32,000 nucleotides of DNA from Staphylothermus marinus F1 (GCF_000015945.1 NC_009033.1:600001-632000), one strand, 5' to 3'. Shown: positions 17,609 to 27,000, counted from the stretch's first letter. Notes: a model not told the origin generated them from the letters alone. Program-made: numbers and translations.

Positions 17609-18220
17609 TTAACTATGTTTTTCTCTGTTCAAGTAATTCTTGATCAAATAATATGTTTGTTCATCAATTAGTCTATGCTTCACTAATACATTAATTATAA
17701 ACCATATATTCATGAGAGAAATTAATTCAACACCTAGCCGTTTAAGCCTCTCCCTCGCTCCCTCCTCTCTATCTACAAAAACAAATGCTTTCTCAACAAT
17801 ACCTCCCATACTTCTTACTGCATTAACTGCATGTTCCAAACTACCACCAGTTGTTGCTACATCATCAACTACCAGAACATTTCTATCAGCAACTATTCCC
17901 TCGACAAGTCTCTTAGTACCGTGTTGCTTAGGTTTCTTCCTCACATATCCAACGGGCTTATGTGTTTTGCACGCTATGAATGATGCATGAATTATTCCAG
18001 CAGACTCTATTCCTACCACTATATCAAAGTTTAATTTTTCCAGCTTAGATAAGGAAATATCAATTATTTTAGAATATATATCGTAGTAGCTTGGCAGAAT
18101 TCTTAAATCAATATAGTAAGGGCTTATTTTTCCACTCGTCAACCTGTATTCGCCGATCTTAAAAAGTTTATTTCTATAGAGTTCTAAAACTATTTCCTCT
18201 AGAACAGATTCACTGTTCAT
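17609..18220 (-). CDS. pyrE: Orotate phosphoribosyltransferase
   Basis: 203 aa with the PRPP-binding motif VLVVDDVATTGGS. It overlaps the pyrF stop by 4 nt. Confidence 0.88.
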   Translation of the reverse strand: MNSESVLEEIVLELYRNKLFKIGEYRLTSGKISPYYIDLRILPSYYDIYSKIIDISLSKLEKLNFDIVVGIESAGIIHASFIACKTHKPVGYVRKKPKQHGTKRLVEGIVADRNVLVVDDVATTGGSLEHAVNAVRSMGGIVEKAFVFVDREEGARERLKRLGVELISLMNIWFIINVLVKHRLIDEQTYYLIKNYLNREKHS

Positions 18221-18924
18221 TTATGATCAACCCCTATAATTTCTCTATGGATCTTGTTAATTTCCTCAATAATCTTGATAGGATTACTTGATAATGTAAT
18301 CATTCTACCAATTATTTCATAATCAGCTCCAACACGAATAGCTGTGCCTGGCGCGGCTCCTTGAACACCTATTCCTGGAGAAAATATTTTGGCTTGAATA
18401 TTATTTTCGAATAGAAACTTTTTAATCTCAATAATTCTATCCGGCCTTGTAGCTGGTGCGACAAGACCCCATGGTTTAAGTTTTTTAATAATTTCTAGTA
18501 TGTTAAGTAAACACTTATCTATGATATCTAGTGATCCCTTATGGCTCATAGATGCTACAAGTACTAATTTAGAATTTTGTTTTGATAGAAAATCTTTTAA
18601 CTCAAATAATCCTCCCTCTAATCCTATGAATGCATGTGCAATATATGTATTGTATCCCATCTCGACTAGTTGATTCACTGTATTAATCATTATTGGTGCT
18701 ATATCAGCTAGCTTGAAATCTATGATCCAGTAATGCTTGTTATCGATTAGTTTGGATATTTCCATAAAACCTTCCAAACCATATCTTATAAGGAATGGTA
18801 GGCCAAACTTGTATCCAGCAACTATGTTTTTAGTTGCATCTATGAAATCAATGAACCAGTTTAGAGGCTTATTTGTCACGTCTAGAGCTACTATTATCCT
18901 ACTATTCAATGAGTTAATCCCCAA
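18217..18924 (-). CDS. pyrF: Orotidine-5'-phosphate decarboxylase
   Basis: 235 aa with the IVALDV and DFKLADI motifs. The TTG start overlaps the pyrG 3' end. Confidence 0.85.
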   Translation of the reverse strand: MGINSLNSRIIVALDVTNKPLNWFIDFIDATKNIVAGYKFGLPFLIRYGLEGFMEISKLIDNKHYWIIDFKLADIAPIMINTVNQLVEMGYNTYIAHAFIGLEGGLFELKDFLSKQNSKLVLVASMSHKGSLDIIDKCLLNILEIIKKLKPWGLVAPATRPDRIIEIKKFLFENNIQAKIFSPGIGVQGAAPGTAIRVGADYEIIGRMITLSSNPIKIIEEINKIHREIIGVDHK

Positions 18925-20509
18925 CTATTTTCTTTATGAAGTAATAATATATGGGAGCTGGTGTTAGTGGTCTGCTTTTGAATTCTGGATGTGGTTGGGA
19001 CCCGAAGTATAATGTTCTATATTTTGGTAATTCGATGAATTCAGGGTATTTCTCGGGGCTCCAACCACTTATTTTTAAACCGGCGTTTTCAAGCTTATCA
19101 ATGTATTTTGGGTTAACCTCGTATCTATGCCTATGTCTTTCATAAACTATTTCTCTACGATAAATTTGCCATGCAATAGTGTTTTTCTTGATATGTATAG
19201 GGTGTGCTCCAAGCCTCATTGTTCCTCCTAGATGTTTGACATTGTACTGACTTGGCAATAAATCGATTACTGGGTATGGAGTGTTCGGGTCTATTTCTGT
19301 GCTATGCGCTCTCTCTAATCCTACAACGTTTCTAGCGTATTCGACAACCATTAATTGCATTCCAAAACATATTCCCAGCAATGGTTTATTGTTTTCTCGC
19401 AGGAAACGTATAGCTTTGATTTTGCCTTCTGCCCCTCTCTTACCGAATCCTGGCAAGATAACTGCTCCATCATACTCTAATAGTTTTTCTAGAGATAACT
19501 TTCCGTTCTCAATATCTGTTGCTTCAAACCATCCTAGTTCTATGCCTGTATTATTCCATGCTCCCGCATGTTTTAATGCTTCAATTATGCTTAGATAGCT
19601 GTCGTGGAGCTTAGTGTATTTACCGATCATAGCGATCCTTGTTTTCCTTTTAGGATTAGTTAGCTTTTCTAAGAAATCATACCATTTAGACAGGTCTGGT
19701 TCACGATACTCTAGCCTCAGCTTCTCGGCGAGGTATTTAGTGTATCCTTGTCTATGTAGAATTATTGGGACACGATAAATAATGTCTACATCTGGATCAC
19801 TATACACTGCTTCTTTCGATAAATTAGAATACAATGCTATTTTAGCTCTATTCTCCTCTTCTAATTCTCTAGGTGAGCGAACAACTACTATGTCCGGCTG
19901 AATACCTATTCTTCTAAGCTCTTGAATACTGTGCTGTACAGGTTTTGTTTTTTGTTCACCAGTAGATATTATTGGTGCTAAAGCTACATGTATTGCTACA
20001 GTATTCCCATAACCCTCCTCTATACGCATCTGCCTAATTGCTTCTAGGAAAGGTAATCCTTCAATATCACCAACAGTTCCACCAATCTCTACGAGAACTA
20101 TGTCTGCATGAGTTTCTTTTGCAACACTCCTTATTCTCTCCTTGATCTCATCCGTTACATGCGGAATTATCTGTACACATTTTCCTAAATATTCTCCTCT
20201 ACGCTCCTTCATGATAACACTATAGTAGATCTGTCCTGTAGTGATATTATGTTTCTTGGTCAGGTTCTGGTTCAGGAACCTCTCATAATGGCCAATATCA
20301 AGATCTGTTTCTCCACCATCTTCTGTAACAAATACTTCTCCATGCATATATGGATTCATTGTTCCAGCATCAACGTTAACATATGGATCAATCTTTATTG
20401 CTGTAACACTATACCCTATTGATTTCAGTAATAAACCTGTAGAAGCTGTTATAACTCCCTTTCCTAAACCAGATAATACTCCACCAGTTATAAATACATA
20501 TTTAGCCAT
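18914..20509 (-). CDS. pyrG: CTP synthase
   Basis: 531 aa. It has the N-terminal [18 protein letters not shown] and a C-terminal glutamine amidotransferase domain with LGICFGMQ and HRHRYE. Confidence 0.95.
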   Translation of the reverse strand: MAKYVFITGGVLSGLGKGVITASTGLLLKSIGYSVTAIKIDPYVNVDAGTMNPYMHGEVFVTEDGGETDLDIGHYERFLNQNLTKKHNITTGQIYYSVIMKERRGEYLGKCVQIIPHVTDEIKERIRSVAKETHADIVLVEIGGTVGDIEGLPFLEAIRQMRIEEGYGNTVAIHVALAPIISTGEQKTKPVQHSIQELRRIGIQPDIVVVRSPRELEEENRAKIALYSNLSKEAVYSDPDVDIIYRVPIILHRQGYTKYLAEKLRLEYREPDLSKWYDFLEKLTNPKRKTRIAMIGKYTKLHDSYLSIIEALKHAGAWNNTGIELGWFEATDIENGKLSLEKLLEYDGAVILPGFGKRGAEGKIKAIRFLRENNKPLLGICFGMQLMVVEYARNVVGLERAHSTEIDPNTPYPVIDLLPSQYNVKHLGGTMRLGAHPIHIKKNTIAWQIYRREIVYERHRHRYEVNPKYIDKLENAGLKISGWSPEKYPEFIELPKYRTLYFGSQPHPEFKSRPLTPAPIYYYFIKKIVGD

Positions 20510-20522
20510 GTGCCCACCACAT

Positions 20523-20540
20523 AGTAAGTTTATATAAGCT
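20523..20540. promoter_or_regulatory. Near-palindromic TATA element in the divergent pyrG / phosphoribosyltransferase intergenic region
   Basis: AGTAAGTTTATATAAGCT. On the minus strand, TTATATAAA ends about 22 nt before the pyrG ATG (20509), consistent with a leaderless or short-leader transcript. A second AT box, AATAAATATTTATTA (about 20571-20586), precedes the plus-strand gene. Confidence 0.35.
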
Positions 20541-20606
20541 TAAAAAACCTACTCCAACATTCTCTAGGCAATAAATATTTATTATGACATTGTTATACTT
20601 GTAACC

Positions 20607-21164
20607 ATGACAGGGGAGAAGATTAAGCTAGAATATATTTCTTGGAAACAACTCCATATAGCCTTGATTAATCTAGCTAAGACTATGATTAGTGAAGGTT
20701 ATCGTCCTGACATAATATATGCTGTTATTAAGGGTGGACTTATTCCTGCAAGGATATTGTCGGACTTATTAGAAGTGGATCAAATTGGTTTTATAGGTGT
20801 AAAATTCTATAAAGGCATTGGAACTCGGGAGGCTAAACCAGAACTAACACTACCACCAACTCATCCTGTGAGAAATAAAAATGTCTTAGTAGTTGATGAC
20901 GTTGTTGATAGTGGTAGAACACTACAATTAGTATTAGAAGAACTAAATAGATATGGTGCTAGAAACATTAAATCACTGGTAATCTATGTAAAGCCTTGGA
21001 GCCCCATATATCCAGACTACTACTATAAAGAGACTCGTAACTGGGTAGTTTTCCCATGGGAAATAATTGAGACAAGTAGAGAAACAAGCATTAACCCCGA
21101 AGATCTAGGCGAGGATAAAACCATTTTTCAAAGCATACTCAGAAGCCTAATCGGGAAATCCTAG
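20607..21164 (+). CDS. Purine phosphoribosyltransferase (Gpt/Hpt1-like, COG2236)
   Basis: 185 aa. ISWKQLH...AVIKGGLIPARILSD and the PRPP motif VLVVDDVVDSGRTL resemble xanthine/hypoxanthine-guanine PRTases. Confidence 0.8.
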   Translation: MTGEKIKLEYISWKQLHIALINLAKTMISEGYRPDIIYAVIKGGLIPARILSDLLEVDQIGFIGVKFYKGIGTREAKPELTLPPTHPVRNKNVLVVDDVVDSGRTLQLVLEELNRYGARNIKSLVIYVKPWSPIYPDYYYKETRNWVVFPWEIIETSRETSINPEDLGEDKTIFQSILRSLIGKS

Positions 21165-21174
21165 AAAAACAATA

Positions 21175-22557
21175 TTATAGAAGCTTCTTTATTGTCTTAG
21201 CAATTTTTTCAGCAACAACTCTATAATGTATTCTTGACAACCCTAAACCTATTACTTCTAATACTAATACATAGCCGGTAAATGTTAGGACTAATGAGTA
21301 TAATAAATAGGTTTCCTCATCGAAAACCATGAGGGAGAAATGGTCTAGAAGCCTCCAAATATCTATATTAGGCTCCCTTATATGTACGTGTGTCCAAAAA
21401 CTTGTCGGGAACATTATCGGCCATAAACCTATAAGTAAAACATATAGGATGGCTAAGAATCTACAACGATAACATTCTCTGAGTTTTGCAAACAATATTA
21501 TTGAGAAAGCAATTGCTGGAACAAGATATTGATGATTAACTCTCCAATATGTTGTTGTGAAAACTATGTATGCTAGACTAGAATAAACAACTGGATCACG
21601 AAAACCAAGATAAGCCATTAGGATCATGGTTAACAATGTGAGAGCCGGTAACCACCAATACTCCACGAGGAACATCATATTCTTACCTGTGTGTTCATGA
21701 ATATATGTTGCAAGACTAGATAATCCATTAAAACTATAACATATTGGAGGAGTATAACCAGGCTTACTAACAGATAAAGCATTGTTTATGAACATTTCTA
21801 TGCTGCCAGGACAAGCTATTTCAAAAGGTATAAACAACACTAATACTCCAATAATCAAGCTTGAAACGAGCAGGATTTTCCTAAACCATTTATCTCTCTT
21901 CATAATTAGATCATAGATAATAAGTGTTAGAGGGAATAGGAATGTATGTTTAAACGCAACACTCAGCCCCGAAGAAAATGATCCCCAGACTTTTCTCCTT
22001 AATTCATTATTGTTGCGAACATATACTAAATATATGCCTATGAGGAAGAAGAATAAAGGTATTTGATCAAACATTCCATAAATACTTGAAATATATATTG
22101 TCATCGGGTTGAAAGCGTAGAGTGAAGCTAGGATTGCTGAGGATTTCCTATTATAGCCTAAACCCTTAATAATCACATAAATCATTATCGTTGATAAAAT
22201 ATCGAACAATATAAATAATGTTTTAGAAGCAATTATCCAATCCATTGATACATATACGTGGTAACCATCCCGATCCCAGTAATGAATCACAGGCGAGGAA
22301 GCAAGTAGTCTCAAGGGGGCTAGGAACAATACTAGTCCCGGCCCATAAACATATGGCCATGGATAAGGCCAGTTCTCAGTAGATGAATGCTTTGTATCAG
22401 CATATTTATAGAAGCATAAACCATGTCTTAGAAAAGTATCTGCAAAACCTGCAAACTGAGGTATGTCGCTACCAGAAGTATAAGGAGCAACTATTAAGCG
22501 TGGTATAAGCATTAAAACAACTATGATCGATATAATAATTATATCTAGTTTATCCAT
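21175..22557 (-). CDS. Polytopic membrane protein, GT-C-type glycosyltransferase-like (tentative)
   Basis: 460 aa with at least 10 predicted hydrophobic helices. The first loop has an acidic SGSDIPQF motif and the aromatic-rich PYPWPYVYGPG, reminiscent of PMT/ArnT/DUF2029-type enzymes. The functional call is weak. Confidence 0.5.
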   Translation of the reverse strand: MDKLDIIIISIIVVLMLIPRLIVAPYTSGSDIPQFAGFADTFLRHGLCFYKYADTKHSSTENWPYPWPYVYGPGLVLFLAPLRLLASSPVIHYWDRDGYHVYVSMDWIIASKTLFILFDILSTIMIYVIIKGLGYNRKSSAILASLYAFNPMTIYISSIYGMFDQIPLFFFLIGIYLVYVRNNNELRRKVWGSFSSGLSVAFKHTFLFPLTLIIYDLIMKRDKWFRKILLVSSLIIGVLVLFIPFEIACPGSIEMFINNALSVSKPGYTPPICYSFNGLSSLATYIHEHTGKNMMFLVEYWWLPALTLLTMILMAYLGFRDPVVYSSLAYIVFTTTYWRVNHQYLVPAIAFSIILFAKLRECYRCRFLAILYVLLIGLWPIMFPTSFWTHVHIREPNIDIWRLLDHFSLMVFDEETYLLYSLVLTFTGYVLVLEVIGLGLSRIHYRVVAEKIAKTIKKLL

Positions 22558-22647
22558 ATCACCAATACACCGTCATTATTAATTCAAAACAATAATTACA
22601 CTATGTCGAATATTTAACAATGCTTTACATATGTAGAGTAGAAAAAG

Positions 22648-22722
22648 TGCCGCCGCCGGGATTTGAACCCGGGTCACGGGCTCGAAAGGCCCGCATACTT
22701 GGCCGGGCTATACTACGGCGGC
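22648..22722 (-). tRNA. tRNA-Glu (UUC), no intron
   Basis: The reverse complement folds as GCCGCCG-UA-GUAU-AGCCCGGCCAA-GUAU-G-CGGGC-CUUUCGA-GCCCG-UGAC-CCGGG-UUCAAAU-CCCGG-CGGCGGC-A, 75 nt in total. It is followed by CTTTTTC. Confidence 0.93.
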
Positions 22723-22921
22723 TTCTCTGTATCCATACCCGCGCTTTTCTCGGTATATTTTTCTCCATAGTTAGAGGCTTATATTTCTTGCCGCCCTATA
22801 TTCTTAGAAATATAAATATGGAAATATTATATAAATTGATTACCAAGTATTAATTAATCCATACTGATAAAAAAGTATCTGGACACGTTTATTTCGTAAA
22901 CAAATCTAAGAGGTGATATGT

Positions 22922-24793
22922 ATGAGAATTTGGGAGATTACTAGAAAACCTAAGCTTGTGGTTAGAGATTTATCGCTACCCTTAAGCGTTGTTAGAAGTA
23001 AGGCTAGGAGGGCTGGTGAAACAGTTATTCCTGTATTAAAGGATCTAGTTGAAGATAAAGTATTAGGTTATCTAACACCCATAGAGCTTATTATGCCTAC
23101 CAGTCACCATACAACAATTAGAGTTAGGGATGCTTTAAGAGAGCATCCTGTTCTTGTTCAAGACATGACTATTGGGGAGGTCTTCGAGAAGCTTCGAGAA
23201 TTTAAAACTATTGGTGCCCCAGTTGTTAATAGTATTGATGAAATGAAGCTTTACGGAGTTGTTACTTATAATGATATATTGAATTATTTGATCAAGGCTG
23301 GGTATAGGCCTATCGCTGAAAGTATAGCAGAGATTATGACTGTTAAAGAACTAGATAGATACATTGTTGTAGCAGATGATCGTGTTAACAAGGTTTGGAG
23401 CAGAATAGTTTATCGTGGACAACCAGGCGTTGTTGTTGTTAGAAGCCTTGACGAACCTATTCCACAGGGTATCCTAACATATCACGAGTTCATAAGGAGT
23501 GGTAGATGGTTCTTCCACCGTGAAAGCGAACAACATATAACTACGCCTGCAAAGGTTAAGAGAATAATGCTTAGAGGAGTGCTTGTAGCAACCCAGGATA
23601 TGCCTGTTGAAGCTGTTGCTGAAGTAATGGCTAAACACGATATACCATTAGTGCCGGTAATTGATGATGATGGAAAAGTTATTGGTGTAATAACTTATGA
23701 AGACATTATAAGAGCATATCTAGAAGGAGCAAAGCCTGGACGTATACGTGTACCCGTTAAGATACCGTTACCAATACCTGTTAGAGCAGAGGAGCGTATA
23801 CAATATGTTTCTCGTGAACAAACATTAACACAAGTACTCGTTGAGAAAGCTGTACCTGTTGAGAGAGCAGGTATTTTAGCCGATGACATAATGATTGAAG
23901 AACTACCTGCGATCACTATAAATGATACCGTGGAACATGCACGCAAAGAAATGCTTAGGAGAAAAACAGATTATCTACTAGTACTAGATGAGGAAGAAAA
24001 CATTGTAGGTGTAGTTACTAAGTGGAACATGCTGTTTGCTCTAGGTCTTAAAGGGCCCCTGTGGAGGAGGAGAACTAAGGATAGATACTTCATCGACTAT
24101 ATTATGACAAAGAATATTCCAAGAGTAAATCCTGATACCCCTATAGAAGATGTTGCTCTAGAAATGGTTAACTCGGAATCAGAAGTGGTATTCGTAGTTA
24201 ATGAATCAGGCGAGATAATAGGTTTCATAACAAAGGATCAAATAATAGATGCTGCTAGGAAACTATTAGTAGACTTATTAGTAGAAAACGTTATCTTGCC
24301 AGGTAAAACAGGCAGCGTACACCCATTCCATAGCTTATACCATGTAGTTAACAAGATGAAAGCACTATATCTAGACGCGTTAACAGTTTATGATGGTTCA
24401 AGAGTTCTAGGAGTAGTATCAGCTAATAGATTACCATTTGTAGCATTCGAAGATGCTGTAACAGGTATTAAGAGTAGGAGGCTTATATGGGTTAGGAAAC
24501 TAGTTCGCGGAGCAGCTAGGAGAGGCAGATATGTAAAGATAACTCCACTAGTAGCACTAGATGTTATGGTGCCGTATAGGAAATACGTATCTCCTAACAC
24601 ATTACTAACTAGAGCAATAGATCTAATGAAAGAAGCTAATCTAAACGGTATACCTGTTCTAAGCGATGATAGGCAAGTGGTAAGCATAGTCAGTAAAAAC
24701 GATATACTAAGAGAACTAGCTCGCAGAGCGAAGAAACTAGTTAAAGTCGAGAAGAAAATTGTTGAGAAAAGAGAAGAAAAAGCTGAGGCATAA
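22922..24793 (+). CDS. Protein made of eight tandem CBS domains (four Bateman modules) with a Lys/Glu-rich tail
   Basis: The ORF is 22913..24793. The ATG at 22922 lies 5 nt after GAGGTGAT. Eight recognisable CBS units each end in a hydrophobic-G-(V/I/F)(V/I)(T/S)...(D/N)(I/L) motif: VLGYLTPIELI, LYGVVTYNDIL, PQGILTYHEFI, VIGVITYEDII, IVGVVTKWNML, IIGFITKDQII, VLGVVSANRLP, VVSIVSKNDIL. No other domain is visible. Confidence 0.85.
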   Translation: MRIWEITRKPKLVVRDLSLPLSVVRSKARRAGETVIPVLKDLVEDKVLGYLTPIELIMPTSHHTTIRVRDALREHPVLVQDMTIGEVFEKLREFKTIGAPVVNSIDEMKLYGVVTYNDILNYLIKAGYRPIAESIAEIMTVKELDRYIVVADDRVNKVWSRIVYRGQPGVVVVRSLDEPIPQGILTYHEFIRSGRWFFHRESEQHITTPAKVKRIMLRGVLVATQDMPVEAVAEVMAKHDIPLVPVIDDDGKVIGVITYEDIIRAYLEGAKPGRIRVPVKIPLPIPVRAEERIQYVSREQTLTQVLVEKAVPVERAGILADDIMIEELPAITINDTVEHARKEMLRRKTDYLLVLDEEENIVGVVTKWNMLFALGLKGPLWRRRTKDRYFIDYIMTKNIPRVNPDTPIEDVALEMVNSESEVVFVVNESGEIIGFITKDQIIDAARKLLVDLLVENVILPGKTGSVHPFHSLYHVVNKMKALYLDALTVYDGSRVLGVVSANRLPFVAFEDAVTGIKSRRLIWVRKLVRGAARRGRYVKITPLVALDVMVPYRKYVSPNTLLTRAIDLMKEANLNGIPVLSDDRQVVSIVSKNDILRELARRAKKLVKVEKKIVEKREEKAEA

Positions 24794-24850
24794 CATGTTT
24801 TTATTGAGTAATAATTTAAACCCCTAACAACTTAATACATGTATTGATAT

Positions 24851-24954
24851 GCGGCGGTCGTCTAGCCTGGACTAGGACGCCGGCCTGCCATACGGGTTCG
24901 TATAACCGTGTAGAACGCCGGAGATCCCGGGTTCAAATCCCGGCCGCCGCACCA
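24851..24954 (+). tRNA. tRNA-Gly (GCC) with a 25-nt intron at 37/38 and encoded CCA
   Basis: The cloverleaf is GCGGCGG-UC-GUCU-AGCCUGGACUA-GGAC-G-CCGGC-CUGCCA[intron 24891-24915]C-GCCGG-AGAUC-CCGGG-UUCAAAU-CCCGG-CCGCCGC-A-CCA. The anticodon lies at 24887-24889. Confidence 0.9.
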
Positions 24955-24957
24955 ATT

Positions 24958-25614
24958 CTAATCTTTAGTTTTCAATGCTTCATCGATCTTTCTGGAAACC
25001 ATGTATGCGTTACGGGTATTTATGAGTAAAACCTTTGTATCATCAACCAGTCTCCTAGCTACATCAACCTTATGTCTCAGTCCAGGCGTTAGGGGGTCTG
25101 GGTAATTTAGTTTTCTCAGCCATAAATATATTGTTTCCATAACCTCTAAATACTCCATAGCTTCTTCTATCTCGCCATTGCCGAGAAGAGATAATACATG
25201 TCTTCTAAGTTCTCCGACAACATCTCCTAAACCTTGTAGATAAGGAATATGTGGAATACCTACTTCTTTATATGATGGCATCTCTCTATCTACTATGAGT
25301 TTATACGTTATATATGATTCAGCATACTCGCTTAAACTATTATATATTAAACCACTATAATAGAGATCAGGATGATCGGCTAGGAGTTCTCGAAGATCAA
25401 CAATAAGCTCCCTCGCCATAGAAATATTTTTCCAAGCCTCCTCATACTTCCCCAAATGAATAAGTCTAACAGCCTCCGTACTATACCTTAAAATATCACG
25501 TGTAATTCTAATAGCCTCCTCACGAACCTCATCCTTCTTCTTCAAAACATTATCAATAAACAATATATCATTAGCCAAAACCTTCTCAACAACATCCTCC
25601 AAAACCATAAACAC
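24958..25614 (-). CDS. Translin-family protein (COG2178-like, predicted nucleic-acid binding)
   Basis: 218 aa and all-helical. The C-terminal PGLRHKVDVARRLVDDT resembles the LR.K.D...... signature of translin/TRAX. The stop codon lies 3 nt from the 3' end of the convergent tRNA-Gly. Confidence 0.55.
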   Translation of the reverse strand: MFMVLEDVVEKVLANDILFIDNVLKKKDEVREEAIRITRDILRYSTEAVRLIHLGKYEEAWKNISMARELIVDLRELLADHPDLYYSGLIYNSLSEYAESYITYKLIVDREMPSYKEVGIPHIPYLQGLGDVVGELRRHVLSLLGNGEIEEAMEYLEVMETIYLWLRKLNYPDPLTPGLRHKVDVARRLVDDTKVLLINTRNAYMVSRKIDEALKTKD

Positions 25615-25682
25615 ACACCCACATAAAACAAAATATAAATTATAAAAATAAAAACCCCTTATAAAACAAATATATTATAGGT

Positions 25683-25850
25683 CCCGCGGTAGCTCAGCGG
25701 CAGAGCGCCCGGCTGTAGTGGGGAAAATCTGAGCCCCCCACCCGCCAGACATCCCCGGAAACCTGGGGAAATAGAATGATGGCGGGGCGGCGAATAGAGG
25801 GCTCAGCAGATACCGGGTGGTCGGGGGTTCAAGTCCCCCCCGCGGGACCA
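25683..25850 (+). tRNA. tRNA-Tyr (GUA) with a 93-nt intron at 37/38 and encoded CCA
   Basis: The exons are CCCGCGG-UA-GCUC-AGCGGCA-GAGC-G-CCCGG-CUGUAG[intron 25719-25811]A-CCGGG-UGGUC-GGGGG-UUCAAGU-CCCCC-CCGCGGG-A-CCA. The anticodon lies at 25715-25717. The C1-G72 pair is the archaeal/eukaryal tRNA-Tyr identity pair. Confidence 0.9.
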
Positions 25851-25865
25851 TTTAATTTATTATAA

Positions 25866-26891
25866 TCACCTAGTTAGTTTCTCCATTATATCAGCTAATT
25901 CTTTTGTAAAAAGATATGTTTCATATCTCCTTATATAATTGGGAAGGATTTCTGGGACGACATAGAATATATTATTTTCTCTAGCAACTGAAACTATTAT
26001 TTCCTGATAGAACTTTACTGCTTCTTTCATATCCTCTTTTGTGGGAGGAGTATGTTGTATCCCCTTATTATTAACCCAGTGAGCATGTATGCTGTGAATA
26101 TTTCTAGCAATATTTCTTATTCTTACATAATTATATGTTTCAATAATCAAAGTTTTGAGCGCTCTCTTAGTGTTTTTTAATCTTTTCTTTAGCGGACTTA
26201 GCCTCTGCATTGGATCTATTGTAAGACCAATATCTATGTTAAATCCGGCCTCAATTATTTTCTCCGAAAGGATTTTCATGAAGGATAAGAGTTCATTATA
26301 GTTCGAAGCTGCCTGAGGCTTGCGGAGAGAGCCTGAACCTCTATTCTCAATTGTTATTCTTAGACTAAGTCCTGCATTAGCTAAAGAAGGGTATATTCTA
26401 GACATATATTCGGTTATTCCTTCAATAATGGAGCTGATAGGCTTTCTAGATCCCCTATGATCAGAATAGCCTGGATGCATCTCTATTTCAACAACTTTAA
26501 GCTTAGGGCAGAGATTTACAGCTAGATCGATTAATTGTTTAGTATATTTAACATAGTTATCTATGAACTCTGTGTCAAACCATATGGGAGCCATATATTC
26601 AGTGTGTAGGGTAGCAACAACTATTTGTTCTCCATATGATTTGAAAAAATCCATATTAGTAATTATTTGTTTAGCTAGATTAGAATAATCACATATAATT
26701 GATTTCCTCCGAGGTATGGGTACGCATCGTGTTGCAAAGGGTAGGAAAGCATGCCCGTATATTGTAAGTAGATGCTCAGATAATGATCTCAATTCTTCTA
26801 AGGACTTTATTCTAGCTCCTATAAGGAACCATCGAGGAATAGAAATAGAGGCTTTCTTCAAATACTTCTTTACCTCAACTAAGTTTTCCAT
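25866..26891 (-). CDS. Hypothetical protein, possibly a xylose-isomerase-like TIM barrel (endonuclease IV/UvdE-like metal sites)
   Basis: The ORF is 25866..26930 (TTG); I prefer the ATG at 26891 (MENLVEVKKY). The spaced motifs EMHPGYS, ITIENRG, LTIDP and SIHAHW resemble the H/E/D/H metal ligands of AP_endonuc_2-type barrels. This rests on pattern recognition only. Confidence 0.35.
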   Translation of the reverse strand: MENLVEVKKYLKKASISIPRWFLIGARIKSLEELRSLSEHLLTIYGHAFLPFATRCVPIPRRKSIICDYSNLAKQIITNMDFFKSYGEQIVVATLHTEYMAPIWFDTEFIDNYVKYTKQLIDLAVNLCPKLKVVEIEMHPGYSDHRGSRKPISSIIEGITEYMSRIYPSLANAGLSLRITIENRGSGSLRKPQAASNYNELLSFMKILSEKIIEAGFNIDIGLTIDPMQRLSPLKKRLKNTKRALKTLIIETYNYVRIRNIARNIHSIHAHWVNNKGIQHTPPTKEDMKEAVKFYQEIIVSVARENNIFYVVPEILPNYIRRYETYLFTKELADIMEKLTR

Positions 26892-27000
26892 TAATAAATA
26901 ATAAAGAGTTGTAGTTATATGTTTTAACAATTTTTAATTCGTGTATGAATGTGATCTATGATTAAAGATAATTGTATGAATATCTTTTATTGTATCCTGA

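Noticed and set aside
20523-20536. A 14-mer AGTAAGTTTATATA identical to 27372-27385, considered as a specific shared regulatory site
   Set aside because: One or two exact 14-mer matches are expected by chance within 32 kb of AT-rich sequence. Both are best read simply as good BRE/TATA matches.
22620-22853. 77-aa ORF on the plus strand
   Set aside because: It overlaps the antisense of tRNA-Glu (22648-22722). The GC-rich tRNA sequence keeps the frame open.
24844-25029. 61-aa ORF on the plus strand
   Set aside because: It reads straight through tRNA-Gly and into the antisense of the translin-like gene.
25729-25792. CUGA (25729-25732) and AUGAUGG (25785-25791) in the tRNA-Tyr intron, considered as D and C boxes of an intron-encoded C/D sRNA
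   Set aside because: The box order is reversed (D-like before C-like) and the spacing does not fit 12-nt guides. The CUGA is part of a perfect 8-bp helix, and I could not build a K-turn from the internal loops.
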